Positions 50,835 through 62,814 of a stretch of DNA of 64,000 nt are shown here, piece after piece. Made by a program: the position numbers and the translations under genes. The notes beneath the pieces were generated by a model. It searched no databases. It had not been told where the DNA came from and was given only the letters and a program-made list of their open reading frames with translations. Each line of letters begins with the position of its first letter. Positions within the stretch are counted from its first letter, which is position 1. The DNA lies in NCBI GenBank assembly GCA_001949185.1, contig BDGG01000002.1:7430448-7494447 (forward strand). The letters run 5' to 3'. This DNA comes from Ramazzottius varieornatus (taxonomy: Eukaryota > Animalia > Tardigrada).

Positions 50835-51740
50835 GAAAACGATGTGGAACATTCCCTCTGCGCAGCATGTTAAACCTATCCTATCAGTTACAACATATAT
50901 AAGTTAAAAAGTCCATTCAAATCTAACTGAGCAAAAGTTCGAGGATCTTGGCCGTATAATTCATTCATGGAAGGCTGAACATCTCTCGAACTTGGGAGGT
51001 TCAGGTTGTTCTTGAAGATTTCAGGGCGAAGACATTCGATATCTTCCAAATTGGTTTCATAAAGAAGCTGGCATACTTCATAAAGCTCTGTAATGAGAAA
51101 GGACCACTGTAATGAGAAAGGATCATGTTCAGGGTTTGGCAAACGAAGCCGGTACGTAACATTTGGGCACATCGAAATTCGAAGTAGGTGATGGAGGCGG
51201 ACGGTTCTCCGAACGGAAATGAGAAGGAAGCAGAATAATTCATTACGAGACATGCAAGGCGTAGCCTAATATCAGAGTCGATCATTTCAGGTCGGGCGAA
51301 GCATAAGTCCTGAAATCGGCATCGGCTCAAAGACCTCTGGAAAGTGTACAGTACGCAAGTTTCGCCGACTGTACGATGTTCCCACTACAAGATTCAGCAG
51401 CCCCGGATAGTATCAAAGGTCGCGACTGACGCGAGCAGGCATGTTTGAGGTACAGATATCTAACCTAGAAATAAACTATCTAGCGGCTTTTAAAAATCGC
51501 CCATGTTTTCACAGTTTTCCGTTTGAGGCAACTGCAAATCTCCGTGAAAGAATTGCCGAGAAAACGAAAGGGAGAAATCATGACATCCCTCGACCTTTCC
51601 GACGCATTAATTGACAGTGGTGAACTCCAACGCTACCTGCGAACCTTCCTCACGAAGACTCAAATAGAATATCTCCTCAAACGTGACGAATATTATTAGA
51701 GGCTCAAGCCAGAAGCCAGTGATCCCATTTGGGCGCGCAG

Positions 51741-51898
51741 TACTCGAAAATCCCGATCATTTCGAATAGAATTTGACTACGCGCGCGCATTTGTATCCTA
51801 AGGCATAGGAGGGCATACGGTACATAATATCTATGCCCTAGGGTACAAATGCACGCACGTAGTCAAATTCTGTTCGAAATGATCGGGATTTTCAAGTA
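51741..51898. mobile_element. 158-bp hairpin MITE-like element
   Basis: 68-bp near-perfect inverted arms (51741-51808 / 51831-51898) around a 22-bp loop; begins and ends with TA. Confidence 0.8.
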
Positions 51899-52937
51899 AC
51901 TGAAGCAACCCACTCGTTCCTTTACGACAACAGTTCGGTCACCTGATGAGTACTTTACTTGCTCGATTCCCCCGAGAGGACAGGAGCGATGATACAGTGA
52001 CACTGTTGTGAATACCGAGGGACTCACAAGCTACTGTAATCTCCCCGCCCGCAACGGATGATCCCATTGTGATCAACGACTGGTCATGATGCAAGCTGGG
52101 ATACTTCCTTGTGAAGAGCTCTGGCCGCGCCCTGATGTATCCATCAGCGCTTACGGGGTTCTCAATGACTCCTCATGGGTTCGACATGTCGACCTACTCC
52201 CTGTTCCCTGCCTGTATCAAAGGCCCAACAAGAGAAGGATATTTTCGAGGTGCAACTATTCAACCCGTCTATCTTTAGGTCCCCCTAGAGGGAGTACTGC
52301 AAAAGACCATCGTGGATGAGTACTTCCTCTCCTTTCCGGTACGCGGGTGTGCAACTCAAATGGTATCTGAATGGACGAACCGAAATATCGTAGTATGTCA
52401 CAGGATAATTAAGGACTTCTTTCTTTCGCGGATTCAAACACATGGGTCGAATTTTAAAGAAATTTTTCAGCGTGTGATCGACCAACCCGCACCGCACAGA
52501 TAGCTTGGCACCAGGAGAAGTACCCGCATGAAAAAGAGGAAAGTGAAGTATGCACTTCAGATTTTTCCCATCGCGTAAGGTAGTACTGCGGCGGCGCGGA
52601 TGGTCGAAGAGCCAAGTAGAAACTTTGGCCAGCGGAATTTGACGCCGACAAAAGTTCGACTTTCGAGTTGCAGCATGGTCTCATGACCATTAATCTATGG
52701 ACTTCCTGGAGGAGCAGTAAAAGAATTATGACCGCAAACGGCAACCTGCCGAGTCACAGGCAACACCCAGCAGCCATTTCCAAGCTCTCCGAGCTCGTCA
52801 CGCGCAAATATTGCGTCACAAGCGGCAATTTAACGATGACGCTACTAGTTTCCTATCTTCTGTAGCAAGTTATACGAGTTTTTTAGTACCGAGAAGCGTG
52901 GCTGTGAAAAGTGAATCACGAAAGCGAACAATATACC

Positions 52938-52985
52938 AGGCGGCGCACGTTTTCCGTTGTTAACAGCTGGAAGGGTGCGCCGGTT
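52938..52985. repeat. N25 palindrome copy 14 (intergenic, 26-nt spacer)
   Basis: AGGCGGCGCAC-26nt-GTGCGCCGGTT. Confidence 0.82.
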
Positions 52986-53510
52986 TGGAAGAACGAGCTG
53001 GTTCAAATCATGTGTCTACGTCCCAATCATGATGGTAGGTCGTCAAGTATCCTGATGACTGTCTACGTCATTTTTCATTTGTTTTCTGCGAATAAAACCT
53101 TGGACTAATGCGAAGAACCACCCACAATCGGCAACGGAAAAAAACTTGTTGTGGATCACGGTGTCATCACGCGACTAACGGCGTGTTTTTCCTCGTGATG
53201 CGGGAACCTGTATGCCTGAGTCGTCTGACCAAGCCCTCATCAAAACCAGCCTCAATCTAAAGACCCAATCTAAAGACCCGTATTCACGTGCGCGAAATAT
53301 CCTGCATAGTTATAGCCAGCCATTCTTCTAAGGTCAGAAGGGACTCGACACGCTTGGGAGACCCTGCTAAAGTTCGCTACGAAAGTCTTCTTTTCCCTTT
53401 TCATGCCACCACATTCGTCAGCGGTCTCTTGCAATGCATTCCACCCAGAAAATTCTACAGAGAACATAAGTTGAGAAGTGGGTAAACGATTTCCCCTAGA
53501 TTGCCATCTC

Positions 53511-53557
53511 AAGTGGCGCACGCTCTCGTCGTTATTGCCTGTCAGCCTGCGCCACTT
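53511..53557. repeat. N25 palindrome copy 15 (intergenic)
   Basis: AAGTGGCGCAC-25nt-CTGCGCCACTT. Confidence 0.9.
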
Positions 53558-55095
53558 AAGAGAATAATCTTGGTGAATTCCTGGCCGTCGCAATCTTTGC
53601 CTTACAGCTCAAACCTGGTTCTTCGGTCAACGTCGAACAAAAATACCAAGACAAGTAAAGTCTCCGGAAGACAATGTTACAAAAGACTCGACAAGAATGA
53701 GCCGATCCATCCCGCATACTCACGATGCTAACTCATTGTACGGCGGGCTCTAACAAAACAATGGACAACCGTTAAACAAACATGGCCTGAGACAATGTGT
53801 GACAGAAAGAACAATCGGATCAGTTGGAAAATATTTCGGTCAAAAAAACTAGCCAAATTCTTCAGACTGGCATTCTGTTGACAGACGGGGGCGGAATGGA
53901 CGTTGGACGGTGAGCCGGGGAATTCAAAACCACTAATCCCTAAGCTAGCTGCTACATTGTTTCCCACATACTTGTTTATCGGTTTGCGTCAATGAAAGAT
54001 AATAGTCAGCGGGACACGAGGTATGCACCATCTAACGGCCCTCGAAAGAATGGTCATTCACAACTAGCAGTCACTTTCAAAGTGTTGATGTAGCAGTTAG
54101 GCGCCTTCTCATGACAATGGAACCTGCAATGAAGGAGCATGGACCAACATGAGGATCATGCAAATATGCATGGGGCTATATAGTGAGGTGTTATCGCAAT
54201 GAAGACCAACTGTCGCAATGACCAAATGAGCAACACAATCAAGCCGTAACATGGAAGGCGATGATAGCGCCCTTAATTGCTTAATTGTTTCGGACACATT
54301 CTCAGGCCGGACGGGCAGTCTCATTGTCTGCAATAACACCCGAGACCTACTTCCCTCAACAGAATGAAAAGATCTTCCTGTCGATGGCTCATATTTCGCA
54401 CCTCACAATTACTGTAACTGGAGACCTTATGGACCACGACTAGATTGTCTACTTTCCTCTTCGCTGTCAAAGTTTTCAACCATTCTGAAGCTTTTCTATC
54501 CTCGAACACAAGGAAAGATACCTAAATTAAGCGCGCTTCTTCGTCAGAAACCGAAAACGCGGTACTACTACCAACTACTACGTAAAGAGCGGTCTTCCGG
54601 CAAGGGCATGATCTGGGCGTTTACTCGTGGGAAAGAGCATCAGCGACCTTTCCTCATAATTAACCTTCCTACAGCACAATCCGTGAACCAAACGACCAAC
54701 TTTAATAATCTGAACAACCTTCTTGACAATCGCTCGCAATGATATCAACTGTCATCGACGGTGGTCCCCGATCAGTAGTGCGCGGGATTAGTGCGATACA
54801 AATCCATCCAATTACCAATACTTCGGGAAGAACAAAGCTCTAGTCGACCTCAACGTCATAACAACCTGTCTGCACCATATTGTATGAAAGTGCTAATTGT
54901 TTGAACCCACTCAAGCTACTTTCGAGAGCACCCACGAGTTGGTCCATACTCCATCGGTGCAAAAAAGGCTATCGGGCATTATTTTGCCATTTTCAGCCTC
55001 CTTTCTTTTCTCCACAGTTTTCTTATCTAGCAGAAAAAAAGAGAAAAAAACGTGATATGCACTTACAGATCTTATTTGGGGGTCTTTTCCAGCCT

Positions 55096-56936
55096 TCAGT
55101 CATTGTACCAGTGAAGGAACAAGAGGGTGAAAGACAGAACCAGGACGGAGAAAAGGATCCACGCCCGAAACGAGGCGGATTTTTGAATAGCCTACAACAA
55201 TACAGAAAAAAATGAATGTCAATCTGGGGAAAGTGCAGGCACAAACAGACCACAAAAACTCGACAATTCCATTCGGACAATAATTTCTACTTCCTACTAT
55301 ACCTCTCGAATGTCGATGTTACCGGCAATGATGTTTTCGGTTGCGGCGGTGGCGGTTGCTGCCACATTGTCGATTTGATGTTCCTGCGAGTGCGAAGAAC
55401 CATGAAGAAAAGGTGTGGTTGAATGACACGGAGGCTTGCAAGAAAAGAAAGCGCGGGAAAGAAGCAACAACGTACCAGCCAGAATAAATTTGAGTGGGAA
55501 GTCATACCTGAATAAGGACGTTTTCTGTGAAGATTTGCTGCAGCTTCGAAATCTCTGTCATTTGATGCTCTATCAACCTACGAACAGTTTCGAAGGTAAC
55601 GTTACATGACGTTGACGTGTCGGACCTGGGAAACGGCCATACCTGACTTCATCCTCCATGCCAGCCATCTCGTTATAGAGATTCGCATTTTCGCCTTCAA
55701 ACTGGCAAAGGATCACAGACTGACATTACTTCACACGTCAAGTTAGTGCTTAGTACTGTGCTTAGGATGTTTCAAGAGAGTCTTACCAACTGTAACTCTT
55801 CGGTGGAGAACACTTCGGACTGTTTTGGAGCAGCAGGTTTAGGATCAAAGTTCGTGGAAGGATCGGTTCGCGAGCCTGGACATTCATGTTTTGTCGAGAT
55901 TAACGGAAGACTGACGTTGCAAACCATAACCGAGCACGGCGACTTTTCTCACCTTTGCGAAATCCTCTCTCCGGATCGACCGTCGAAGCATGCGCAGCAA
56001 TCTTTTGCCGTAAAGGCTCGGGAAAGTCCGACGACGCTTTTCTTTTGGGTTTTTCGCCGAAGGTCTCTAGCTTTGAACTGCAACAACAGACCTGGCATAA
56101 TATATACAGTAAGAACGGAAGTTACGGAACGATGGTCAGACTCGTTTAGCCCCGGTGAAGAACTACGCAACGGTACGTACAGTTTAGCATGATCCAGAGC
56201 TCGTTTCACTCGAACGCCTTGCAGTTCCGTAAGAAGATGCGAAACGGCTGGAAGTACATAAAAGTATTGGGCTAAACAGCACGAGCACCCGGAAGTCATC
56301 TTTGGTCACTGTAGAACAGGGCTAGTGATCAGTCTCACCTGCTAAATACGCTTCTACCATTCTCAGAATTTCCATGCGATGCGTTTTTATCTGTGTTTTG
56401 TTATGTTGTACTGAAAGGTAAAACATAAAAGGGATTCAGATAGTCAAGACATAGTATATGGTAGTCTCCCGTCGATCCACGTCCGAAAAGTATCCTTACC
56501 ATCGTCCCGTAGTTCTTTTAGTGAGTCGGAACATGCCTGGAGACGCTGCAGAGTCTCGATCTCAATGACATTTCGATCTCGCTCTGACAAGCCACTATCT
56601 AACACATATATTACCGTCAAAACCAACAAATGACACCAGATTAGAAGATTAGAAGGTACTGTAACCCACGAGGATCGAGGTAGTCTTTCTTCCGTGCCAG
56701 TACTTGATCCCGAATGCTTGTTATGACGGTGACCTAGACGGACAAGCGCTTCGTTTGGAAGAAAGCAAACCTCAAAGGAGAAGGTACGCATATACCACTC
56801 CCAAAGCCAACTTGACGAAGGGAGTTGCTGGACGCTTGGCAGATAATCCTCCTGGACCATTCGCGCTTCCATCCAGCTTGTTCAGGGACTTCTTCGCCTT
56901 GCACAGCCCACGAAACGTCGTTGTGATATCCATCAT
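55096..56936 (-). CDS. STX18: Syntaxin-18 (many small exons; mostly absent from the ORF track)
   Basis: MDITTTFRGLCK.., RDQVLARKKDYL, LSERDRNVIE..CSDSLKEL, FEGENANLYNEM..EVR, ISKLQQIFTENVLIQ, ATENIIAGNIDIREAIQKSASFRAWILF..SFTLLFLHWYND*. Confidence 0.9.
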
Positions 56937-57311
56937 GAACCTCCGGCCGGTGCAGCCGTATCTTCGACTGTCAAACTTGATTCATCGGGAAGCACGAAAC
57001 CTTGAGAAGGAAAGGTATTAGTAAGTTCTGAAATAGAAGTGGATCAGCCGGAAGTACGTAAGACCACATGGACAGTGCACGGCCCGCCATAAAGCTCCGC
57101 CCAGCAGTCAGCTGTGTCGGTATTTCGTACGGTTGATTCCTGCCCGGTTGATTGAATCGCAACAAACTAGAAAAGTCAAAAGTTGCTTCAAAACTGGATC
57201 ACCGGAAGTCTGGATTCAGCAATCTGCATTTCTAGTCAAACCCTTTTTCGCTCCGGTTCACAGATCTGCTTACTTTCTGTTTGGTTTTAGGTCTAGGGGT
57301 GCGTTTTCGAG

Positions 57312-58727
57312 ATGGAGGGGAGAGCGCGGTGCCGAATATACGCGACGGTGCCCTCCGGTTTCGAGTTGTGCGCGAAGGACGAGTGCAGCGAGCGATTCGG
57401 TGAGGACGTCTCGAAATTCCACACGGAACGTGGAGCACTAAGATTCGATGTCGCCGCTGAACGTGTGGACGAACTACTCAAGCTCCGATCCGTCGACCAC
57501 TTGTTTGCTGTCATCCTGGAGACGACCAAAGACTTCAGTCAGGACAAGGTCGAAGCTGTACGATCCACCGAGGATCTCCTTACCGACGACGTCCAGTGGA
57601 AGACCGGCTTTCAAACATGGAAGACGCTGACGAAGATTATCTCCGACAAGAAAGACTACGTTGACATCCCCAGCAACTTCTCTGAAGGTGGTGACTTCGT
57701 CCCGTCGTTCCGAGCCACATGCTACCGAAGCGGCAAGCACGTCTTTACGTCTCAAGAAGCCATGCATTCGTTTGGTGGTTACTTGAACACAAAGTTCAGG
57801 TGGAAAGTCGACCTGAAGAACTACGACGTGGAAGTTGTTCTCATTATCGACGATAACCGTGTGTCCATTTGCCTTTCCCTTACTGATGAAGCATTGTTCA
57901 GAAGGAACATCACGCACTTCGGACCTACGACCATGCGAGCCACCATCGCGTACAACATGGTCCGTTTGGGAAATGTCCAACCCGGAGACATTGTGTAAGG
58001 ATAGATCTTTGTAGATCACTGTACTCTGGACTTAGACGAACAAACTTGACAAGCTCGTTCTTCCAAATGACGCAAGCTTGCAGCCAGGTACACTGGAAAT
58101 GTGCGCCACTTGGGAAGAAAAGCTTGTCGTGTTTGTCTGCGAAACTCTCCTCTACTGTAGTTCAACTTGTTCTGAATGACTCAACCTGGTTTACAGGTGT
58201 GATCCAATGTGCGGAAGTGGCGCAATACCCATCGAAGCAGCTCTAGGTTATCCGTCCTCGTTCGTTCTCTGTGGGGACAATTATCATCTTTCGCCTGTTC
58301 GAACGCTTCACAACGTCCTCGATCTGCAAAAGACTGGTGTCGCCCTGAACAACATAGATGTTCTGGCCTGCGACGTGATCAGTTATCCTCTGAAGCCCAG
58401 TTCCGTGGATGTCTGGGTGACGGACTTCCCTTTCGGCAAGCGCCACAAGTGCAACCGCTACGATCTGTATCCCAAAGCGCTGGCTGCGATGGCTCGCGCG
58501 TCTAAACCTGGCATCTCGAGGTACGTAGAAAAAATTTTCCGCCCGTTCGTTGATGGTTTGTTGGTCTGTTGTCGCTATTTAGGGCTGTGATTCTGACCAA
58601 AGATCGTCAAGCAATGGCAGCTTCTCTGAAGGCCTCGAAGTACTGGTACATGAAGAGGCAAGTCAATATCAACGTCGGTGGTCTAAATGCATGCGTTTAT
58701 TGTCTACTGAGAACCATAGTAGCGTAG
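57312..58727 (+). CDS. THUMPD3: THUMP domain tRNA m2G methyltransferase
   Basis: FRATCYRSG.H.FTSQEA, WKVDLKNYDVEV, RRNITHFGPTTMRATIAY, DPMCGSGAIPIEAA, DFPFGKR. Confidence 0.93.
58065..58111. repeat. N25 palindrome copy 16 (THUMPD3 intron)
   Basis: AAATGACGCAA-25nt-GTGCGCCACTT. Confidence 0.85.
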
Positions 58728-59229
58728 CTGACCAAGAGTTAAATTTTAAAGAATTCGCAAAAGATGGAAAGCTGCGCTGCGGTCTTCTCGAAAGTTGGAA
58801 CCCCTGTTTTTACCTTTTACTGAATAGTAATCTACCTTGATCAGACTTGCGGCTTTGCCCGGTATTGTCAGTTTCCATTTTAGTGTTGTTCGATGTCTTA
58901 GAGAAAGAGTGAAGATTTCAAATAGGGCGTCGTGGGGGTTACGCTACTGTTATACAGTAAGTCTTTGTCGTTCTGACAATCAGACGAACGTCGCTTCAAC
59001 AACAACAAAAAAAGAATTAATCGTCCAGAAGTAATCCCGTGTTCCGCAAGGGAATAAATCTCTCAAAAATGATATGTTTAATACTGTTGGAGATTGGACA
59101 GGGCCACAGCGGATATGACTCGAGAGATCAAGCGTGAAAGAAACCTAAAATACTTCTACTTTGGAAAAGAAAGGGTCTTGACACCTACATCGTGACTTCA
59201 CTGAAATGTTTATCACCAATCTCAACAGT

Positions 59230-61028
59230 TCAACTGATTACGTGCGTGGACAGTTCGACATCCGGAACATCTTTCTTTTCATTCGGGAAACCCATTTTCT
59301 CATCATCAACAGTACATTGCTCAGAATTGATAGTCTGTCTTGTCCATTCCTCATCGACGGCTTCGTTCGTCAGGACGGCGTCGGTGTACTGGGCGACCAG
59401 CCGGCACAGCCAGCTCACGGGTTCGGGCATCACGTACGAGTCCCCTTCGAAGAACCCCAAGTGTCCACCATGCCTCGTCACCACTAACAAGGCCTTCTCA
59501 CTGTGCTGCGCGTACTCTTTCACGCAGTCCAGAAGGGTTTCTGGCACAATAGGATCATCCAATGCATTCACGAATAACATCGGAATGTTTATCTGGAATG
59601 AAGGGAACACAATCTGACAATGCAAGCAACACAAAAATCTTGGAACAAACCATACACCTGCATGCACCAAAGCCCCTTACCGCTGCTGCCTGTGTGTAAC
59701 AAAATTCGAACTATTGTTCTGTCATGTTTTCATTACATTTTGCATTTTGTGGACGCATGATTCTTCTCGGTAGAACTCTTCCACAGTCTCGTAGCCCAGA
59801 ACGAGTTTTGTATAGTGTTCGTCAATGTCTAGCATGGTCGTCGCCCGAAAGACGCACTCCAAATTGATCTTCGGATGCTTCTCCATTATTTCTTTGCTGA
59901 AAAGCAAGTCCCGGTTCCTAGCCATAATTCGCTTCATATTTCTCGTGATGTTGAACATGTAACCCCGTCGCATCTGGGTCCACTCGAGCAGCAGCGGTCG
60001 GGAGCGAAGGATGTCGTAGCCTTGACAGACGGAGATCCCGCAGAGAAACCTCTTTTGGTGCGCTTCCGACTTCCCCAGGTAGCACGTAATCACGTTTCCT
60101 ATAAACCGTGCAGAAAACCAGTTTACGCACTTCGAGTTCGATATTAAACATCGAAATCGTTCGTAGATATCGCTTACCGCCCATACTGAATCCCAATGCA
60201 ACCGCTTTTGTCAGTGGATGCTTCTCCATAACATAGTCCGTCAGCGAAGCAAACTCAGCAGTTCCTCCTAGTTAAATAAACGACGTGGAGAGTCAATATG
60301 TACGCACTTCCGGTTCGACATTACGATTGCAAATTACATCGATAAAATTAGTTCTCTTACCATAAGTGAATAATCTCGCCGCTGTCAACTTCACACTAGG
60401 AACCACACCCAAGTGGTTTAGGACGTAGCATCGGAAGCCACATTGCTGCGAGTACAAGACAAAAGACCGGATGTAGACGCTTTCCGCGGAATTTGCAATG
60501 CCGGGGCAAATTAAGAACGTTATGTCGCCTACGAGAAATATAAAGAGCGTTATCATCTTCGCGGTTGCGAGAACATGATATTGTATTAATATAACATCAA
60601 ACTGGTTTATAATGTCATGTACTCTTACCGCCACTCCAGTGCTTTTCAAGAGGTTCGAAGACATCAAAGGAAACTGTCGCTCCGTCGCTGCAGAGAACCT
60701 CCTTCCGCGTTCCCTTCGGAAGCCATCGTCTCGACCTTCGATTACCCAGTATACCATAGGCAAACGACTGGTAATGCCCGTTCCTCCCCCAGAGTAGTGG
60801 CGAAATATACCTGCATTAATATACGACGAATTAGCATGCATAATTGGAAAGGATTTTCCCCACTTACGGCATTCTTAGTATCACAGCTTGCTGAATGACA
60901 TCCTTCACAAACCGCGATCCCTTACAGAAGTACAACTGCGGAAGCGTCGGCCGATTTTCTTCCCGATGTAGACTGTACAGCCACCATAAGATGAAGACGC
61001 CGGCGCTTAGAAAGAGTTCCGTCCACAT
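59230..61028 (-). CDS. ABHD2: Alpha/beta hydrolase ABHD2-like
   Basis: N-terminal TM, ICPGIANSAESVYIRSFV, LFTYG, GFSMGG nucleophile, NALDDPIVP, HGGHLGFFEG. Confidence 0.92.
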
Positions 61029-61766
61029 ACTAGTTTCGAAATTCGAACTTTGAACTTCCGGTGTGCAGCGAATGCCGGTCCCACGACGATCTTCGCGACA
61101 CTTTAACGGGTTCCGGAATCGGAAAAGACCAGGTGCAGCAGCGTTCGTGACTTCCTGGCTGTTCCGTGCGGATAACAACGTTGACTGATGGAAAGAAGTG
61201 TTTCACAGCTGTTGACCGAAGCAGACTTCCACAGCAGCACACTCCCTGCGGCACTGACGCGGCGCATGCATAAAGATTCGTTGACTGTCTCGATCGGTTA
61301 TGCCGAGTCGCACGACGCACGTTCATAAGAATAAGCGATATCGGCAGGAAGCTTATCGATATAATGGAACCCGTATTGACACACTCCAGTTGACCATGAT
61401 GGTTGAGAAGGAACTTTGTGTAAGCTTCAAGCGGAAAATATTCATAGCGACGGGAGCTTCTTGTCAGTGTCACCGGCGCAGGGCGCGGTTATCGGAAATC
61501 GATTTCCGGTTTCTTACTGAGGCAATGAGGCACCCCCGGGTACAATCACGAGGCCAAGGGCTCGAAGCACGGACTCAAGCTGTAGGTGACTGTCATCCCT
61601 CGACGTTTGGGTTGCCCACTTGCCCTCAGACCATCGAGGGAATCTGTGACGTGTAAAACTTTTCATGAAGATTTTCCAAGTCCAGAATTTTGGGATTTTG
61701 GTCTTTCTTTCTCAAGGTTTGTACAGAAGTCCCGATCCTCAATGAGCTTATTCTGACCTGTCGACG

Positions 61767-62814
61767 ATGGAGCTGTACCTGCTGCTCACGACAGGCTTGT
61801 TGGCTTTGATTCCATCGGCCTCGGCGTTATATTTCCACCTCGGAGAGACGGAAAAGAAGTGTTTCATGGAGGAGATTCCGGACGAGACTATGGTCGTGGG
61901 TGAGTCAAATGTTCCATACTATGATGCATGAAACTGGCTTCATGGGGCTAGCTCCGGTCTGTCTGTAGGGAAGTACAAGGTGGAATTTCTGGATGTGAAC
62001 TCGAACCAGTATGTACAAGTACCTCCTGGCATGGGAATGCACGTCGAAGTGAAGGATCCGGATCAGAAGCTTATAATGGGCAGAACTTACGGAGCAGAGG
62101 GCAAATTTACCTTTACTTCACATACTCCGGGTGAACATACAATGTGTCTATCGACAAATTCATCCCGATGGTTCGGCGGGAGCTCACTGGTAAGACCGGC
62201 TTCTCTTGCTCCTGCAAAATGGAATCTTTCGGACATCGGCAGATGATTTTCCCCAGATTGTTAAGTGGCGCACGGTCTTATTTTCATTAGCTGGATGGGT
62301 GCGCCACTTCGTAAAACGATCTGTTTAAATTCGTTTGTCGATATAGCAGATTATGTCTCCGTTTGGTGTTTCCTTGTTTTTGTGCTAATCAGGTGCTGAC
62401 AAACTCGCATCTAAATTCTTGGACCTCGTTTCACAGAGAATCCATCTGGACGTATCAATCGGAGAGCATACGAATGACTACAAGGAAATTGCTGAGAAAG
62501 ATAAACTGTCGGAATTGCAGCTGCGAGTACGACAACTTCTGGACCAAGTAGACCAAATCACGAAGGAACAGAACTATCAAAGGGTAAGTGACTACTAGAG
62601 AAGGTATTTTATCCTTCTGCGAGTTTAAGAGACTGAGTTTTATTACCGGAATGGTGATCCGTAGGTTAGAGAAGAGCGATTCCGGATAACCAGCGAGAGC
62701 ACGAACCAGCGCGTTTTATGGTGGTCTTTCATTCAAGCTGGTGTTTTATTAGCCATTGGCTTCTGGCAGATGCGCCATCTCAAGAGCTTTTTCGAGGCCA
62801 AGAAACTGGTATGA
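61767..62814 (+). CDS. TMED9: p24 alpha family protein (TMED9/TMED4-like)
   Basis: [77 protein letters not shown]. Confidence 0.93.
62263..62309. repeat. N25 palindrome copy 17 (TMED9 intron)
   Basis: AAGTGGCGCAC-25nt-GTGCGCCACTT. Confidence 0.9.

Noticed and set aside
1902-62309. N25 palindromes as a CRISPR-like repeat/spacer system
   Set aside because: Copies are dispersed rather than arrayed, arms are inverted rather than direct, spacers share a common degenerate consensus rather than being unique acquisitions, and there are no cas genes in this eukaryotic context
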